Part shown: positions 61,678 through 64,000 of the stretch, one piece after another
How positions within the stretch are numbered: the stretch's first letter is position 1
How the letters are laid out: each line of letters starts with the position of its first letter
Origin: Nitrospirota bacterium
GTDB taxonomy: Bacteria > Nitrospirota > Nitrospiria > Nitrospirales > Nitrospiraceae
DNA: 64,000 bases
NCBI GenBank assembly: GCA_963703955.1
Contig: CAVPGK010000010.1
Location: forward strand, 32,001 to 96,000
Direction: 5' to 3'
Program-made: the position numbers and the translations under genes
The notes under the pieces: model-generated
Seen by the model: the letters and a program-made list of their open reading frames with translations, nothing else
Databases searched by the model: none
Told to the model about the DNA's origin: nothing

Positions 61678-64000
61678 CTAGTCGAGGGCTTTGAAGCGAT
61701 GCTTATTAATCTTCAACGATCGGATTCTTGATTCCAAAGTCGTTGAGGGAATGCCGAGTTTCCTTGCGGCACCGGAAGGTCCCGATACTCGCCCTCTGCT
61801 TTGAGCGAGGGCGGCCTCGATTGTCTCTTTCTCCCGATCCGGCGGCAGTTTGGAAAGCGTCCCCGTTGCCGGTTCCTCCGTGCCGGACTCTGTGGACAAC
61901 CAACTCTCTTCAATCCAGAGAACATCGCCTTCAGAAACAATGACCGCCCGTTCAATGACGTTCTGTAGTTCGCGAATATTGCCCGGCCATAAATACAACT
62001 GAAGTAAGTCCAACGACTGCTGGTTCATGCCCCGGATCTTTTTGCCCATCTTGCTGGCATAACGATCGATGAAGTACTGCACCAGCATGGGAAGATCGTC
62101 TTTGCGTTCGCGCAGAGGACGGATCTCGATGGGAAAGACCTGAAGCCGATAGTAGAGATCGTTCCGAAACGTCTCATTCATTATGGCGGCCTTCAAGTCA
62201 CGATTGGTGGCCGCAATCACCCGAACATCCGCGCGAATCGTTTTCGTTCCACCGACACGCTCAAATTCCCGCTCCTGCAGAACGCGCAACAGCGTGCTCT
62301 GCGTTTCGGGCGGCAGCTCGCCGACTTCATCGAAAAAAATCGTCCCTCCTTCGGCGAGTTCAAATCGCCCGATACGCCGTTGCAGGGCGCCCGTAAATGC
62401 TCCCTTCTCATGTCCGAATAATTCCGAGCCGATCAGTGTGGATGGGATCGCCGCGCAGTTCACGGTAACAAACGCTTTTGCGGCGCGCTGTGAGCGTTTG
62501 TGGATGGCACGAGCGATGAGCTCCTTTCCGGTCCCGGTCTCTCCCATGAGGAGCACTGTGGCATCTGTCGGCGCGACTTGCGACACCCGAGAAAGCACCT
62601 CTTTCAGGGCAGAGGAAGAGCCGACGATCTCCTCGAACATCGAGGCTCTGTCGATTTCTTCGCGCAGCGCGACGTTTTCTTTTTGAACCCGCTCTTCGGC
62701 TCGCTTGCGATCGTCAATGTCGGTCGCGGTTGCGTATCGCCGGATGATCTTTCCAGCTTCATCGCGGAGCGGGTTGGAACGAATCAAAAACCACCGGTAC
62801 TCGCCGTCCTTCCGTCGTAACCGCAGTTCTCCTTCCCATGCGGCACCACGCGCGACGGCACGCTCGCGCTCTTGTAACACGCCACTCGCCACATCATCTG
62901 GATGAACAAACCTCGCATAGAAATCATTCGCCCGAATGGCCTCCAAGCTTGTCCCGAAGTAGTCCCGCATCGCCTGATTCTCGTATTGGCGAGTGCCATG
63001 AGCATCCATGACCAGAACGTGCTTCGGAACAAAGTTGATCAATTGCCGAAGCTCGGCTTCGTCCTGTTTGAGTTTCTGTTCCGCAATCTTTGCCGCTGTG
63101 ACATCTCTCACCGCCCCGATGAATTCGACATGTCCGGAATCATCGCTACGTCGGTGGGCCACGACATGCAGATATTTGATTCTTTGGTCCGGCATCAGTA
63201 ATCGATGTTCTGTACCGAAATTGCTTCCGTCCTGGGCTGCCCCTTCGATCACCTTCCGGACAAAAGCTCTGTCCTCCGGATGGACCCGCTGGATTACGAG
63301 TTCTACCGTCGGTTGCGTTTCAGGGCCGTATTCAAAAATCCGGAACGTTTCCTCAGACCAGAAGATTTCCCCGGTGGACACAACCCAGCCGAAACTGCCG
63401 GTGTGACTCAAGCTCTGGGCTTCCGCCAGGTAAGCTTCACTCTTGGCGTGGTCGTGATAAAGAAGGCTGTTCTCGAGTGACATGGCCGCTTGCGACGCCA
63501 GCACATTCAAGACTTTCAACCGAGCTGATGTAAACATCCGCTCGGCCAGGTTGTTCTCCAGATAGAGGAGCCCAATCAGAGCACGCTGTTTAATCAGAGG
63601 CAGGCAGAGGACTGAACGTGTACGCTTCGCACGGAAATAGTCGTCCACTGAAAAGGGATTCTGCGCCGAAGCATCCTCTATAATCACACTCTCGTATGTG
63701 CGCGCCACATAGTGGATAACTGACTCGGGAAGTTCAGCCGCCGAGACGGGTGTCTCGCGGAGACTCACCATCACGGACGTCCCGCTGGTATTCGCTTCCG
63801 CCCGGATTGACAGTTCGCCACGGTGCGTCAAAATCAGCAGCCCCCGTTCCGCGCTCGCCTGCTCGATGGCCGTCCGCAGCAGCGTCTCGACGAGCTTTTC
63901 CAGCACGATCTCACCTGAGACAGCTTGCGACACCTTGACGACGGTCGCCAGATCCAGATCTTCAACGGGCGCTCCAATCGTACCGATCGGGTTGGGCACT
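61678..64000 (-). CDS. Sigma54-dependent enhancer-binding protein (GAF-PAS-PAS-AAA+-HTH); 5' end lies beyond the window
   Basis: GAF (LYLENNL), two PAS/PAC domains, GETGTGKE, GHEKGAFTGA, FFDEVGE, WPGNIRELQN, FhlA-type tail GRVSGPSGAARKLG. Confidence 0.93.
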   Translation of the reverse strand, partial: VPNPIGTIGAPVEDLDLATVVKVSQAVSGEIVLEKLVETLLRTAIEQASAERGLLILTHRGELSIRAEANTSGTSVMVSLRETPVSAAELPESVIHYVARTYESVIIEDASAQNPFSVDDYFRAKRTRSVLCLPLIKQRALIGLLYLENNLAERMFTSARLKVLNVLASQAAMSLENSLLYHDHAKSEAYLAEAQSLSHTGSFGWVVSTGEIFWSEETFRIFEYGPETQPTVELVIQRVHPEDRAFVRKVIEGAAQDGSNFGTEHRLLMPDQRIKYLHVVAHRRSDDSGHVEFIGAVRDVTAAKIAEQKLKQDEAELRQLINFVPKHVLVMDAHGTRQYENQAMRDYFGTSLEAIRANDFYARFVHPDDVASGVLQERERAVARGAAWEGELRLRRKDGEYRWFLIRSNPLRDEAGKIIRRYATATDIDDRKRAEERVQKENVALREEIDRASMFEEIVGSSSALKEVLSRVSQVAPTDATVLLMGETGTGKELIARAIHKRSQRAAKAFVTVNCAAIPSTLIGSELFGHEKGAFTGALQRRIGRFELAEGGTIFFDEVGELPPETQSTLLRVLQEREFERVGGTKTIRADVRVIAATNRDLKAAIMNETFRNDLYYRLQVFPIEIRPLRERKDDLPMLVQYFIDRYASKMGKKIRGMNQQSLDLLQLYLWPGNIRELQNVIERAVIVSEGDVLWIEESWLSTESGTEEPATGTLSKLPPDREKETIEAALAQSRGRVSGPSGAARKLGIPSTTLESRIRSLKINKHRFKALD

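Noticed and set aside
1..64000. tRNA, rRNA, integrase, transposase, phage or defence genes
   Set aside because: None recognised. The patatins carry lipoprotein signals and lack a CD-NTase neighbour, so CBASS is not supported.

Overview
GC-rich bacterial window, most likely Nitrospira/Nitrospirota (inferred from gene content and repeat types, not verified). The left ~12 kb is housekeeping and redox stress: thiI, trxB, coaE, a beta-helix protein, a GH63-like glucosidase, oxyR divergent from a small lipoprotein plus a di-heme peroxidase-family gene, and dedA. From 12.8 to 26.4 kb is an envelope/export block: two M48 proteases, tag, an RND tripartite pump and two patatins. From 26.5 to 64 kb is one co-oriented minus-strand accessory island. 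It carries storage-glucan breakdown (glgX, glgP, malQ, pgm, GDE), pgi, class I aldolase, phosphoketolase, acetate kinase, PPK2, a TolC/HlyD/RbbA/YhhJ exporter and a GAF-PAS sigma54 activator. The island also holds two copies of a sigma54 promoter, palindromic enhancer and STAS-like microprotein cassette. About a dozen internally deleted or chimeric gene remnants are scattered through the window (tkt x2, fbaB, glgP, xfp, ackA, pfp, OMF, patatin, gluconolactonase). Many single-base frameshifts, clustered at 16.4-18.1 kb and 48.3-54.8 kb, look like long-read errors. No rRNA, tRNA, CRISPR array or transposase was seen. All family assignments come from motif recognition, without database searches.
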